From assembly GCA_964420885.1 (NCBI GenBank), contig CAYQVT010000001.1, forward strand, positions 1,848 through 65,847: DNA of 64,000 nucleotides, in the 5' to 3' direction. The stretch is from an uncultured Gammaproteobacteria bacterium (GTDB taxonomy: Bacteria; Pseudomonadota; Gammaproteobacteria; Arenicellales; Arenicellaceae). Under the pieces are notes generated by a model. That model had not been told where the DNA came from and ran no database searches. It was given only the letters and a program-made list of their open reading frames with translations. Shown here piece after piece: positions 40,588-50,193 of this stretch. The translations under genes were made by a program, and so were the position numbers. How positions within the stretch are numbered: position 1 is the stretch's first letter; each line of letters starts with the position of its first letter.

Positions 40588-41571
40588 CTATGTTCCCCAC
40601 TTTCCGTCAATTGCTGACTGCACATTCTTCTCTATTTTTTTCATCGGTAATATCTCGCGCCCATTTTCTAGCAAGAAATCTAGAAACCTCTGGGCTACGG
40701 GGGATAATTTTTTATCTTTTAGATGCGTGACTTCCCATCGAGACATAAGAGGAAAGTCGTCAACGTTTAGTTGAGTTAGGCCGTCCATATCCGAGTTGCT
40801 TAAGATATAGGCAGACATTATGGATATGCCCATGTTTGCCATAACGGCATGCTTGATGGCTTCGTTGCTCTCGATGGTCATGACATCGTCCATCTTAAAG
40901 TTATTCTTTTTAAGATAGGCCTGTACTTTAATCATTTCGCCAGACCCAGCTTCGCGCATCAAAAAACGTTGTCCTTTAATATCATTCCAGCTTAAGTCTT
41001 TGCGACTTGCAAGGTCGTGATGTTTAGATGCAACTACGGCTATAGGATTGGGTAAAAATGGATGTGAATGAATATCCAAGTCGTTTGGTAATTCGCTGAA
41101 GAAATAAAGGTCGTCTTCATTGTTTTTCAATCGTTCGACGATCATGTCTCGATTGCCAACATGAAATTCGACTTCTACGCCAGGGTAGAGTTCGCAAAAT
41201 GGTGCAAGAATATAGGGCAAAAAATACTTTGCAGTGGTGACCACGGAAATGCTCAAGCTGCCCGACTGGAGACCTTTAAGGCTATTGATTGTGTCGTCTA
41301 AACGATTGACCGATTCAAAAATCTCTTTTCCTGTGTCTTCCACTTCACGGCCAGCTTCAGTCAGTTTTAATGTTTTACCTATTACCTCGTATAAGGGTAA
41401 GCCAACGGCTTCAGACAGCTTTTTAACTTGAACTGAGACGCTCGGTTGAGTCAAACATAGTGCTTCTGAAGCGCGTGCAATGCTACTTAACTCGGCCACC
41501 TTGAGAAATATTTCTATTTGTCGAAGCGTGCCAAGTTTAGATAAAAGCCGAAGGTCTAAAGGTTGTTCCAT
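40588..41571 (-). CDS. LysR regulator, CbbR/CmpR-like subfamily
   Basis: TLRQIEIF, TQPSVS, TTAKYF, REAGSG and SNEAIKHAVMANMGISI motifs. Confidence 0.9.
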   Translation of the reverse strand: MEQPLDLRLLSKLGTLRQIEIFLKVAELSSIARASEALCLTQPSVSVQVKKLSEAVGLPLYEVIGKTLKLTEAGREVEDTGKEIFESVNRLDDTINSLKGLQSGSLSISVVTTAKYFLPYILAPFCELYPGVEVEFHVGNRDMIVERLKNNEDDLYFFSELPNDLDIHSHPFLPNPIAVVASKHHDLASRKDLSWNDIKGQRFLMREAGSGEMIKVQAYLKKNNFKMDDVMTIESNEAIKHAVMANMGISIMSAYILSNSDMDGLTQLNVDDFPLMSRWEVTHLKDKKLSPVAQRFLDFLLENGREILPMKKIEKNVQSAIDGKWGT

Positions 41572-41586
41572 GATACGCCGTTTTTG

Positions 41587-42333
41587 CTAGAACTCCGCAA
41601 GCAGTCGGCCGAAGCCAGACATTTTATCGTTAATTCCGCAGGCCCGCAGGGCGTGCCAATACGTCGCCGTATTAATCGCGATTACTGGTTTACCAAGCTC
41701 TTGTTCCATATCGGCGGCCAATTGCACCGCTGATAAATTTGTGCCGACCTGAATGATGGCGTCGACGTCATCACTGTTCATATCGAGAAATACTTGGCGG
41801 GTGGTTTCGTTTGTCACTTCTGCAATGGCTCTCCAACTTGGGCATTGTAAGCATTGATCAGCGACTGTTTCATAACCGTAATCACTGAAAAAATTAGCAA
41901 CTTCGGTATTGGCAACAGGGTAGTACGGAGACATAAAGGCTATTTTCTTTACGCCGCCATAGGCTTCTAACGCAGAGACTATGGATTCTGAACCAACTGA
42001 TATTTTGAGTCCCGATATGTCTTCGACTGGTTTCTTCCACTCAATACATCCTCGTGCACCATCATAAAAAGTGACCGCAGACATACCCATAACCAAATAG
42101 TCCGGTGCACAGGGCATTACATGACGTACCGCATCTAAGGTATTTTCTGAAATGATCTGCGTGCCCTTCATAAACGACTCGTTTGAGATCGCGTTCGCGT
42201 TCTCTACAAAGATGCGGCTATAGTGATTGCTTACACCTTGCGGCCGCATATCGTCGAACTCGGGTTGCACAATGGTGTTGGTGGCGGGGCCTAATACGCC
42301 GAATTTGGCTCGATAACCTAGAACGTCAGTCAT
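41587..42333 (-). CDS. Maleate isomerase / arylmalonate decarboxylase (Asp/Glu racemase) family protein
   Basis: GVLGPATNTIVQPEF, SPY, E.ELGKPVIAIN and GFGRLL motifs. Confidence 0.82.
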   Translation of the reverse strand: MTDVLGYRAKFGVLGPATNTIVQPEFDDMRPQGVSNHYSRIFVENANAISNESFMKGTQIISENTLDAVRHVMPCAPDYLVMGMSAVTFYDGARGCIEWKKPVEDISGLKISVGSESIVSALEAYGGVKKIAFMSPYYPVANTEVANFFSDYGYETVADQCLQCPSWRAIAEVTNETTRQVFLDMNSDDVDAIIQVGTNLSAVQLAADMEQELGKPVIAINTATYWHALRACGINDKMSGFGRLLAEF

Positions 42334-42380
42334 AATGATTTTGCGGTGTTGATACTAATGCACGTAGTTTTGGTAATATA

Positions 42381-42406
42381 TGATATATTATTATGTCATT
42401 ATATCA
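42381..42406. promoter_or_regulatory. 26-bp cluster operator, site 2
   Basis: TGATATATTATTATGTCATTATATCA in a divergent intergenic region. Confidence 0.6.
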
Positions 42407-42433
42407 AATAATCTTTATTTGGAGTTTTTATCC

Positions 42434-42739
42434 ATGAGTGCCTACATCGTCGTCGAAGCAATAATTACCGACTATCCTAAGTTTGCTCCCTATACAAAAG
42501 TTGTACCGCCCTTGGTTGCTAAAATGGGAGGCGAATACATCTCTATTGCCGGAGAAGCTCAGGCATTAGAAGGTGATTGGGGCGACACTAAAATAGTTTT
42601 ACACCGATGGCCAAGCATGCAAGCTGCAAGAGATTTTTGGTTTTCAGATGAGTATGAACAAGCAAAAAAATTGCGCGAAAATACAGGTACCTTTAGAGTA
42701 ATGTTAGTAGAGGGAGTAAAGAAAGAGGTCTTGGAGTGA
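42434..42739 (+). CDS. DUF1330 family protein
   Basis: MSAYIVV, GGEY, LEGDW and PS..AA..FWFS.EY..AK.LR pattern. Confidence 0.85.
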   Translation: MSAYIVVEAIITDYPKFAPYTKVVPPLVAKMGGEYISIAGEAQALEGDWGDTKIVLHRWPSMQAARDFWFSDEYEQAKKLRENTGTFRVMLVEGVKKEVLE

Positions 42740-42782
42740 TAGCCTCAATGATGGTGATTAGGATCTTAAACAAGAGAAAACT

Positions 42783-43826
42783 ATGAGAATAGAACCCTAT
42801 CAAGCCCTTGGGCTGCAAGTGACTTGTCAAGCGGTAAACATTGCGCCATCAATTGAAGCTGCGCGTGAAAAAATGTTGCAAAGCATCAAGCATATCGACG
42901 GTCGCATTAAGGGCAGTATTGGTTTTGCTAACACTTTTAGTGGTGTGCCGGTTCGCTTGGTTGTACTGCCGGAGTATTTCTTGAGCAGTTTTCCGTTAAG
43001 CGAATCCATACCCGCGTGGATCGATAAAGCTTGTTTGCAAGTTGACGGGCCTGAATATGACGCCTTAAGTAAGGTCGCTCAGTCTAGTAAGATTTATCTT
43101 TCGGGAAATGCCTATGAAGTAGATCCGTATTTTCCCGAATTGTATTTTCAGACAAGTTTCATTATCAATGACTCTGGCGATGTGATCTTGCGGTATCGCC
43201 GCTTGGTATCCATGTATTCTCCGACGCCGCATGACGTCATGGATAAGTATTTAGAGAAACACGGTGATGATTCACTTTTTCCGGTTGTCGATACTGAGCT
43301 GGGCAAGCTAGCTTGCGTCGCGTCTGAGGAAATTCTTTACCCTGAAATTAGCCGTGCCTTAGCGCTAAATGGGGCCGAGGTTTTATGCCACTCTTCAAGT
43401 GAAGTGGGTAGCCCCCGAGCCACGCCAAAGAATATAGCTAAACAAGCGCGCGCTTATGAAAATATGGCCTATATTGTTTCAGCTAACAGCGCGGGTATCG
43501 AAGGCATTCCGTTCCCTGCGGCATCAACCGATGGCAGTTCTCAAGTTGTCGATTATAAGGGGCAAGTGATGGCTGAGGCAGACACAGGTGAGTCGATGGT
43601 TGGTATAGCAGAGCTCAATATTAATGCCTTGCGGCGCGCGCGCGCTAAGCCAGCTATGACCAATATGCTGGCAAGACAGCGTTTGGAATTGTTTGCTAAG
43701 GTTTATTCGCAACAATCGGTTTATCCGATGAATAATATGCTGCAAGGTAGTGATGTTGTGGTGCCCGATCGCTCGCACTTTATAAAATGTCAGAACACGG
43801 CAATTCGTGCTTTGAGTGAGAAATAG
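42783..43826 (+). CDS. Nitrilase / carbon-nitrogen hydrolase superfamily protein with atypical active site
   Basis: VVLPEY, FPVVDTELGKL, ARAYENMAYIVSAN and G.S.VVDYKG motifs. Confidence 0.85.
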   Translation: MRIEPYQALGLQVTCQAVNIAPSIEAAREKMLQSIKHIDGRIKGSIGFANTFSGVPVRLVVLPEYFLSSFPLSESIPAWIDKACLQVDGPEYDALSKVAQSSKIYLSGNAYEVDPYFPELYFQTSFIINDSGDVILRYRRLVSMYSPTPHDVMDKYLEKHGDDSLFPVVDTELGKLACVASEEILYPEISRALALNGAEVLCHSSSEVGSPRATPKNIAKQARAYENMAYIVSANSAGIEGIPFPAASTDGSSQVVDYKGQVMAEADTGESMVGIAELNINALRRARAKPAMTNMLARQRLELFAKVYSQQSVYPMNNMLQGSDVVVPDRSHFIKCQNTAIRALSEK

Positions 43827-43945
43827 CCGATCTTTTCATCGAACTGTTTGCAGCCAATATGTTTGATACGCCAAATTGCTTAGGTAGGCAGCTTTAAGAG
43901 TACCGCCAACCTTTGACACACCTATCTTCATTTATGAATTGTGAC

Positions 43946-44488
43946 ATGAATAAACTACCTAGTGCACTCTTGCTGTTAATTATTTCGATCGCGCCTTTGA
44001 AGCTGTTTGCCGACACTGTAGATGAGAAGAATGAATGGTCTGGAGCTGAATTTCGCCGCTGGTCGGCGGTTGTCTCGGATATGGATGAGACGATACATTT
44101 GTATCGAGATATCCTAGGTTTCTCGCTTGACTCAGTGCGCGTTGATCCTTTGCAGTCGTATGTATACACAATTTTTAATATCGACCGCTCAATTCGTACC
44201 AAACATGCCACCTTTAGTTCGAGTACCAAGCAGCGAGTTTTATCCGTTATTGAGGTGCCCGGAGTTAAGCTCGAGCGACCGCCACAGTCGCCTCGATTGT
44301 CGGTGGCCTTAATCAATGCTAACGGTGGGTTCGATAAAATAGTCGCTCAATTAAAGGCTGAAAAATATGAGGTATTCGAACCTCATCGCTTGGGTTCAAA
44401 AGGAATAGAAATTGGGTTTCTCGATCGAGATGGGCATCTTTATGCGCTTTACGAGTTGCCCTATACCGGTGCGTCATTGGCCGAATAA
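43946..44488 (+). CDS. Exported VOC/glyoxalase family protein
   Basis: Signal peptide; RR..VVSDMD....YRDILGF and FLDRDGH...LYE motifs. Confidence 0.75.
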   Translation: MNKLPSALLLLIISIAPLKLFADTVDEKNEWSGAEFRRWSAVVSDMDETIHLYRDILGFSLDSVRVDPLQSYVYTIFNIDRSIRTKHATFSSSTKQRVLSVIEVPGVKLERPPQSPRLSVALINANGGFDKIVAQLKAEKYEVFEPHRLGSKGIEIGFLDRDGHLYALYELPYTGASLAE

Positions 44489-44585
44489 ACGCGTTTGAAA
44501 AATTGCTGTTTTATCTGCCTAATGCCTCTTTAATTGCATGATGGGTTTGGTAAACGTTTTATATCCATCAAAGTTGGAGTTTGTT

Positions 44586-45449
44586 ATGAAAAGTGTTATT
44601 CGCCCCTTTCTTGTTCGTTTATTTGCTTTACTGATTGCCCCGATTAGCTGGGCCGATGATCACTCGAAAGAAGAGAAGTTTGATACTGTAAAGGTTGCAG
44701 ATGGCATTTATATGCTAAGTGGTAGTGGCGGCAATGTTGGTATCAGCATTGGTGATGATGGCGTGTTAATCATTGACTCCGATTTCAATTCTACGTCGGA
44801 GGCATTACTGGCGGCACTTAAGGAGTTGGGCGGCGATAAGCCACATTTTATTTTAAATACGCATTGGCATGGCGACCATACAGGTGGTAACGCCACTGTT
44901 GGAGATCATGCATCAATCATTGCGCACGATAATGTTCGAAAACGTTTGGCGCTTAAGCAGCCTAAAGAAGCGCTGCCAGTAGTCACTTTTGACAATTCTC
45001 TGTCAGTACACTTTAACGGAGAAAAAATCAGCATGATACATTTGCCTGGCGGTCACACTGATGGCGATAGCGTGGTCTATTTTGAAGGCTCTAAGGTATT
45101 GCACACTGGCGATTTATACTTTCAAGGCGGGCTGCCTTTTGTTGACTTAAAGTCTGGCGGCAATGTTGCGAGCTTTGTTACTAATGTTGGCACTATGATC
45201 GATAAAGTTCAGAAAGATTGGGTCGTTATTCCTGGACATGGTGGCTTGTCAAATCGGCAAGAGCTAATAGAATATCACAAGGTCTTGGTTGATAGTGTCA
45301 GTCATGTTACTAAGATGAAGGCCGACGGCCTGAGTCTTCAGCAAGCTCAAGAAGAAGGCTTGCCGTCTAAATTTGACGATTGGGCTTTGAGTTTTGTAGA
45401 CGACAAGTTTTGGATTAAAACCGTTTATTCATCCAGCAAATTTAACTAA
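44586..45449 (+). CDS. Exported MBL-fold metallo-hydrolase (cyclase-like)
   Basis: NTHWHGDHTGGN, GHTDGD, TGD and IPGHG motifs; signal peptide. Confidence 0.88.
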   Translation: MKSVIRPFLVRLFALLIAPISWADDHSKEEKFDTVKVADGIYMLSGSGGNVGISIGDDGVLIIDSDFNSTSEALLAALKELGGDKPHFILNTHWHGDHTGGNATVGDHASIIAHDNVRKRLALKQPKEALPVVTFDNSLSVHFNGEKISMIHLPGGHTDGDSVVYFEGSKVLHTGDLYFQGGLPFVDLKSGGNVASFVTNVGTMIDKVQKDWVVIPGHGGLSNRQELIEYHKVLVDSVSHVTKMKADGLSLQQAQEEGLPSKFDDWALSFVDDKFWIKTVYSSSKFN

Positions 45450-45500
45450 CGACAATAATGGAATCAACATTCTCTTAATGCGGCCTGCCAATTGCATACA

Positions 45501-46331
45501 TTATTTGAACTCATTTATACAGTTGATAATTGCGTCTAAGCGTTCATCCATGGTTTGACCGCAATGGCGCATTTGGATATTGTTCGGCCATTGAAATTCA
45601 TCGAAACGATCCGTGTATTTCTTCACAATGCTGCCCTGCCAGCGAATAATGCGAACCGGTGTTTGATTTACTTTGAGTATGATGTTCGCATCTTCTGAGC
45701 GAAAGGCTCTCGAGTAAGCTTGGGCATAGTCGGAGCCGGCTGTAACGTAAGCCTTGGCTACCGCGTCTACCAGCTCGGTTGTTGGGTCTGAACCAATTCG
45801 ATGTTCTTCATCTTCTAGGTACCACGGAAACCAATTGAACAGGCCGTTTGACATTTTCCATATCGTTGTGAGATGGCTCCCATCAGGTTTTGCACTGGTA
45901 TCAGGAAAGTAGTGAGGAGGTATTTCTTGTCGCTCTTTTTCGCTAAAGTGCGCAGCGCTGTCCATGATTACATAGTCGAGTCTCTCGGGGTAACGTTCGG
46001 CAAAACAGATAGCAATTTGTGAGCCCGTGGCAACACCGTATAAGCCAACCTTCTTAAAGCCAAAACTATCGATAAACTCTTTAAGCCATTCAACGTAAGG
46101 TATTAGGTCATTAGTGTTCTCTAGCATTTCCGGCGGCAGCGGATCGGATTGACCATAGCCAGGCGTGTCTGGTGCGATGATGTCTGAATATGGTGCTAAA
46201 GCATTAATGGTAGGCACCATGACGGCGGATGATAATGGCGACGCATGTAATGCGATCAACCGAGCCCCTTTGCCGCCTCGGCGATAATGGGTCTGTCCAA
46301 ATGAAAGGTTTGCGTAGTGTTTAAGTATCAT
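45501..46331 (-). CDS. Alpha/beta hydrolase fold protein with atypical nucleophile elbow
   Basis: LHASP, APDTPGYGQSD, YGVATG and YPER motifs. Confidence 0.82.
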   Translation of the reverse strand: MILKHYANLSFGQTHYRRGGKGARLIALHASPLSSAVMVPTINALAPYSDIIAPDTPGYGQSDPLPPEMLENTNDLIPYVEWLKEFIDSFGFKKVGLYGVATGSQIAICFAERYPERLDYVIMDSAAHFSEKERQEIPPHYFPDTSAKPDGSHLTTIWKMSNGLFNWFPWYLEDEEHRIGSDPTTELVDAVAKAYVTAGSDYAQAYSRAFRSEDANIILKVNQTPVRIIRWQGSIVKKYTDRFDEFQWPNNIQMRHCGQTMDERLDAIINCINEFK

Positions 46332-46376
46332 ATCGATCGCCCTCTATGAGCAAGTTTCTACAAGTGTTGCAACGCC

Positions 46377-47597
46377 TCAGAGAGAAGATGGCACTGCTGG
46401 TTCAGTTCGTTTAAGTTTTACTTGTGTCATGGCAATGGCCGCAATCGCTATTAGGATCGCATAGATCGTGAACGATAATTGATAGCTACCTGTCGATTCG
46501 AAAAAATAGCCCGTAAGCCATATGCCAATGCCGCCTCCAATTGAGTCAAATACAGTAATCGTACCAAGTATCTTACCCGCGGATTTTAGACCAAAGGCGT
46601 TAACCAAATTCAGTTGTAGTAGCGTAAATATACCGCCCCAACCGAGACCAAATGCGACAACCGAGGTCCATACTAAACTTGCGTTCATGCTCGCAAGAAA
46701 GGCCGCGCCAAAGAACATCACCACACAATTAACTAGCATTACCTTTTTAGCGTCTACATAGTCTGCTGCGGCGCCAAACAAAAACTTCCCGACCAAGGCA
46801 CAAAGAAAAAATAAACTAATCAAGTTAGTCGCTTCGGCGGGTGAAAAATTCAGATCACGCATGTGCAAAAATAGATTACCAACTGCGCCGAGAACAGAGT
46901 AGTAAGTGCTAGTGGCAATCACCGCTAGAGCCCAGAATGTTCGTGTGCGTAAAGCCTGGGTGTAATCCATGCCAACGTCGAGCGAAGCTTGCTTTGAGGT
47001 GTTGTCATCATTACCGCTAGCGGTGTTGGTTCGAACAACGAGCAACACGGTGATAAGCATAATAATCGGAAACCACATGTGCATTTGTAAGGCATCTCGC
47101 CATGACATGGTGTTTAAATACTGGGTTCCAAGCTGAGACATAACGATACCGCCTAAACTGGTCCCCACAACGGCGATGCCAATCGCCACGCCGCGATACT
47201 TAGACGACCATTGTGAAACCAGAATAATACAGGGGTTAATTCCAACTAACGTCAGTACCACTCCGAGTAGAAAGTGCCAGACATAAAGCATGCTTAATGA
47301 ATCGGTATTACTATAGAGATAGAGAGTGAGTGCTAGTAGCGCCCAGCCGGCTATCATGCAGCGTTTAACGCCGTAGCGGTCGATCATATATCCGGAAATT
47401 GGTGAGAATAAGCCCCCTACAACCAAGGTGATCATGCCTCCAAATTTAAGCTGGCCTCGGTCCCACCCGAATTCAGTTAGGATCGCTTCATCAAACACGG
47501 ATAATCCAGAAATGCTTAAACCATTACTTACTAATAAGCTTAGGCAACCTATGAGAGTAATCACAGCAGGAAACAGTTTTATTGTAGGTAGGTTCAT
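46377..47597 (-). CDS. MFS transporter (OFA/MCT-like)
   Basis: 12 TM; GYMIDRYGVKR and RGVAIGI motifs. Confidence 0.88.
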   Translation of the reverse strand: MNLPTIKLFPAVITLIGCLSLLVSNGLSISGLSVFDEAILTEFGWDRGQLKFGGMITLVVGGLFSPISGYMIDRYGVKRCMIAGWALLALTLYLYSNTDSLSMLYVWHFLLGVVLTLVGINPCIILVSQWSSKYRGVAIGIAVVGTSLGGIVMSQLGTQYLNTMSWRDALQMHMWFPIIMLITVLLVVRTNTASGNDDNTSKQASLDVGMDYTQALRTRTFWALAVIATSTYYSVLGAVGNLFLHMRDLNFSPAEATNLISLFFLCALVGKFLFGAAADYVDAKKVMLVNCVVMFFGAAFLASMNASLVWTSVVAFGLGWGGIFTLLQLNLVNAFGLKSAGKILGTITVFDSIGGGIGIWLTGYFFESTGSYQLSFTIYAILIAIAAIAMTQVKLKRTEPAVPSSL

Positions 47598-47603
47598 AAA
47601 TCT

Positions 47604-49055
47604 TTACGGTTGGTTCATGGATATTTTTGGTACGCGATTTAGGTGATCGTTTGGCGTACTTTTCGCTTGTCGGCTACGAAGCCAAAGACCAATAGAGAGA
47701 CAGCCGATTGCGGAGATTGTGATCGCGCTAGCAAAATAATAAAATTGTCTGAGCGCGATCAATAATTCCGGGTATGTATTCGGGTCCAATTCCTGTATGC
47801 CTAGATGGCGGCCCATCAGAAATGACAATACGGCAATGCCCACCAATCCTCCAAAGCTTCTTAGTCCATTCAATGTGGCTGAGGCACTGCCTAGCATTTT
47901 TTCATTAACCGAGTTGAGGGCTGAATTAAACAGCTGCGTGTCGGCGATAGCGACCCCTATCCCAGCGAGCGCTAACGCCAAAACAATCGTTAGTACAGGT
48001 GTTTGAAAGCCAATGCTACTGAGTACTAACATCGACGATGTGATCAAGATAACGCCACTAATAATTAAATAACGTGCCCGGATCTTGTCTCCCATCCACG
48101 CCCCCAGTGGTGCGAATATAGCGGTGAGCAAGGCTTGTGAAATAAGTATCAAACCGGTGGTTTTCGGGTCCAGCCCTTTTATATATTGTAAGTAGAGCGT
48201 GATCGTGACTGAGGTCGACATAATCGCGCAGTAGTAGAAAAAATGGGTGAGGCCTAAGGTTGCAAATATTGAATTTTCAAGAAATAGTTTGGTCTGTAGC
48301 AAGGGGTCTCGACGCTTGGTTTGAAACCAGCAAAAGTAGCAGAAAGAGACCAGCCCTATGAGGAGCAATATTTGCCCATATACCGTATTAGTTCTAAAAA
48401 CAGCGATCGCGAGGCTTGAGAGGGCAATCATATACACGATTGTGTCTAAAAACCTCAGACGCGAAGTGCTGTCTCCATAGCGCTCCCATTTGATCAGCCT
48501 AAAACCAGCCACTGCGGTAATAGTTAGCACAATTGTGGGAACGTGAAACACCCAGCGCCAATGCAAAGTCTCGAGAATAAGGCTGCCAACAAGAGGCCCC
48601 GCAACCAAGCCTAAATAACAAACAGCAAGGTACAAGCCCATTGCCCTAGCCTTGTATTTTTGTGGCGGTATACTGCTCACCAAGGCAACTGAACTGCCAA
48701 AGGTGAAGGCACCACCCATGCCCTGAAGAAACCGGCCGGCCAGAAGCATTAATGAATTCTGTGCGAACCCGCTGAGAACACAGGCGAGAGCCGCTAGAGC
48801 AACGCCCATGCAAAATATTCGGCGGCGACCATAGATGTCTGCCAATTTCCCGGCAGGCAGCACAAATAAAGCGCTGCCGAGCATATTCAATAATGAGAAC
48901 CAGCTTATTCGTTCAGCATCTAAGCGCATTTCTTGCGCAATGGTCGGTATCGCCAAGGTAGACGAATACATCAACAAAGGGGCCATAAATGAGCCAATAA
49001 GGATAACGCTTAGAGATAACCCTATCCGTGTTATTGGCTGTTGTTGTGGATTCAT
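47604..49055 (-). CDS. MFS transporter, DHA2-like (14 TM)
   Basis: GKLADIYGRRR, GRFLQGMGG and WRWVF motifs. Confidence 0.88.
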   Translation of the reverse strand: MNPQQQPITRIGLSLSVILIGSFMAPLLMYSSTLAIPTIAQEMRLDAERISWFSLLNMLGSALFVLPAGKLADIYGRRRIFCMGVALAALACVLSGFAQNSLMLLAGRFLQGMGGAFTFGSSVALVSSIPPQKYKARAMGLYLAVCYLGLVAGPLVGSLILETLHWRWVFHVPTIVLTITAVAGFRLIKWERYGDSTSRLRFLDTIVYMIALSSLAIAVFRTNTVYGQILLLIGLVSFCYFCWFQTKRRDPLLQTKLFLENSIFATLGLTHFFYYCAIMSTSVTITLYLQYIKGLDPKTTGLILISQALLTAIFAPLGAWMGDKIRARYLIISGVILITSSMLVLSSIGFQTPVLTIVLALALAGIGVAIADTQLFNSALNSVNEKMLGSASATLNGLRSFGGLVGIAVLSFLMGRHLGIQELDPNTYPELLIALRQFYYFASAITISAIGCLSIGLWLRSRQAKSTPNDHLNRVPKISMNQP

Positions 49056-49109
49056 ACATTAGAGGACGAGCGATTACGAGCGACGAGTATGCCACATCAC
49101 CAATCTTAA

Positions 49110-49135
49110 TGTAATATTGTTATATCAATATAATC
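49110..49135. promoter_or_regulatory. 26-bp cluster operator, site 3
   Basis: TGTAATATTGTTATATCAATATAATC. Confidence 0.65.
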
Positions 49136-49163
49136 TATATGGTTTCGAATAATATGTTGAGTC

Positions 49164-49982
49164 TTAATCTATTTTTAAATCCATTTTGTACTGAAAATGC
49201 TCTGGGTTGTAAAACACGGTTAAGTGGTCGCGTAATGTTTCAGTATCGCCAACGGTATTGTATGAACGTCGGGTTAGGGTAAGAAGGGCGGTGCCCTCAG
49301 CGACACCCAGATTTTTAGCCGTCTCACCTGAGGCTGAAACGGCACTTAGCGTTTGTGTTACGTGTGTGATCTCAAGGCCTTTTTCTCGGAAATAGCTCAA
49401 CCTGGGTTCGGTTTCGAAAAGGCTAGGCTCTGCAGGCATTTCAACACCGGCTGTCCAGCTAACGTAGTAACCGAATTTCATGCCTTCACGTTCGCGCACG
49501 CGAATTAAGTGAAGAGCGTTTTGGCCATCCTGTAAATCTAATTCGTCGCGAATGCGCCTTGGAGGGGCCATTAAATTGCATTCTAAAACGGTGGCGTGTG
49601 AATTGCGTGCCATGCTTTCAATTTCTTGCAACATGCCCACTAAAGGGGCTTGTACCGGTTTTGGCGTATATTTGTAGGTAACGTGTGAACCTTTGCCCCG
49701 ACGACGTTCTACTAAGCCTTCTTTGGCAAGTTCATCCATTGAACGTTTGGCCGTGATGCGCGAGACATCAAATGCCTTGGCTAATTGTTCCTCAGTAGGG
49801 ATGCGCTCGCCAAATGGAAGCGTGCCATCAATAATCATGCCTTTTAGTAAGCTAAACAATTGAAAATATAACGGAGTTGGAGCATCGGTGCTAAGGCCAT
49901 CACGGAGTCGTTGGCTAAAAAGGGTGTCAATTGCTGATGTCATACTTGGGTTCCTGATGAGCTTGGGTTCCAAATTAGCCAT
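49164..49982 (-). CDS. GntR family regulator, HutC/UTRA subfamily
   Basis: PLYFQ, IPTEEQLA..FDVSRIT and RRRGKGS motifs plus UTRA domain. Confidence 0.92.
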   Translation of the reverse strand: MANLEPKLIRNPSMTSAIDTLFSQRLRDGLSTDAPTPLYFQLFSLLKGMIIDGTLPFGERIPTEEQLAKAFDVSRITAKRSMDELAKEGLVERRRGKGSHVTYKYTPKPVQAPLVGMLQEIESMARNSHATVLECNLMAPPRRIRDELDLQDGQNALHLIRVREREGMKFGYYVSWTAGVEMPAEPSLFETEPRLSYFREKGLEITHVTQTLSAVSASGETAKNLGVAEGTALLTLTRRSYNTVGDTETLRDHLTVFYNPEHFQYKMDLKID

Positions 49983-50004
49983 TTTTAGAGGCTAATATTT
50001 CATT

Positions 50005-50112
50005 TGATCTAATGATATAACAAATACAGCGGAACTTAAAAATTTGTTTAATATGCTGCGATTCTTCTTGAATCATTTGCCTTATTTGTTCTATAGATAT
50101 AACATTATCACA
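50005..50112. promoter_or_regulatory. 26-bp cluster operators, sites 4 and 5 (GntR autoregulatory region)
   Basis: TGATCTAATGATATAACAAATACAGC (50005) and TGTTCTATAGATATAACATTATCACA (50087). Confidence 0.65.
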
Positions 50113-50193
50113 TATTTGTAGAATATTTAATACAATGGCAAGCGTGTGTTTCAGTATTTGCCATTCCATCGACATTAGAAGAGGTTATTTTTT

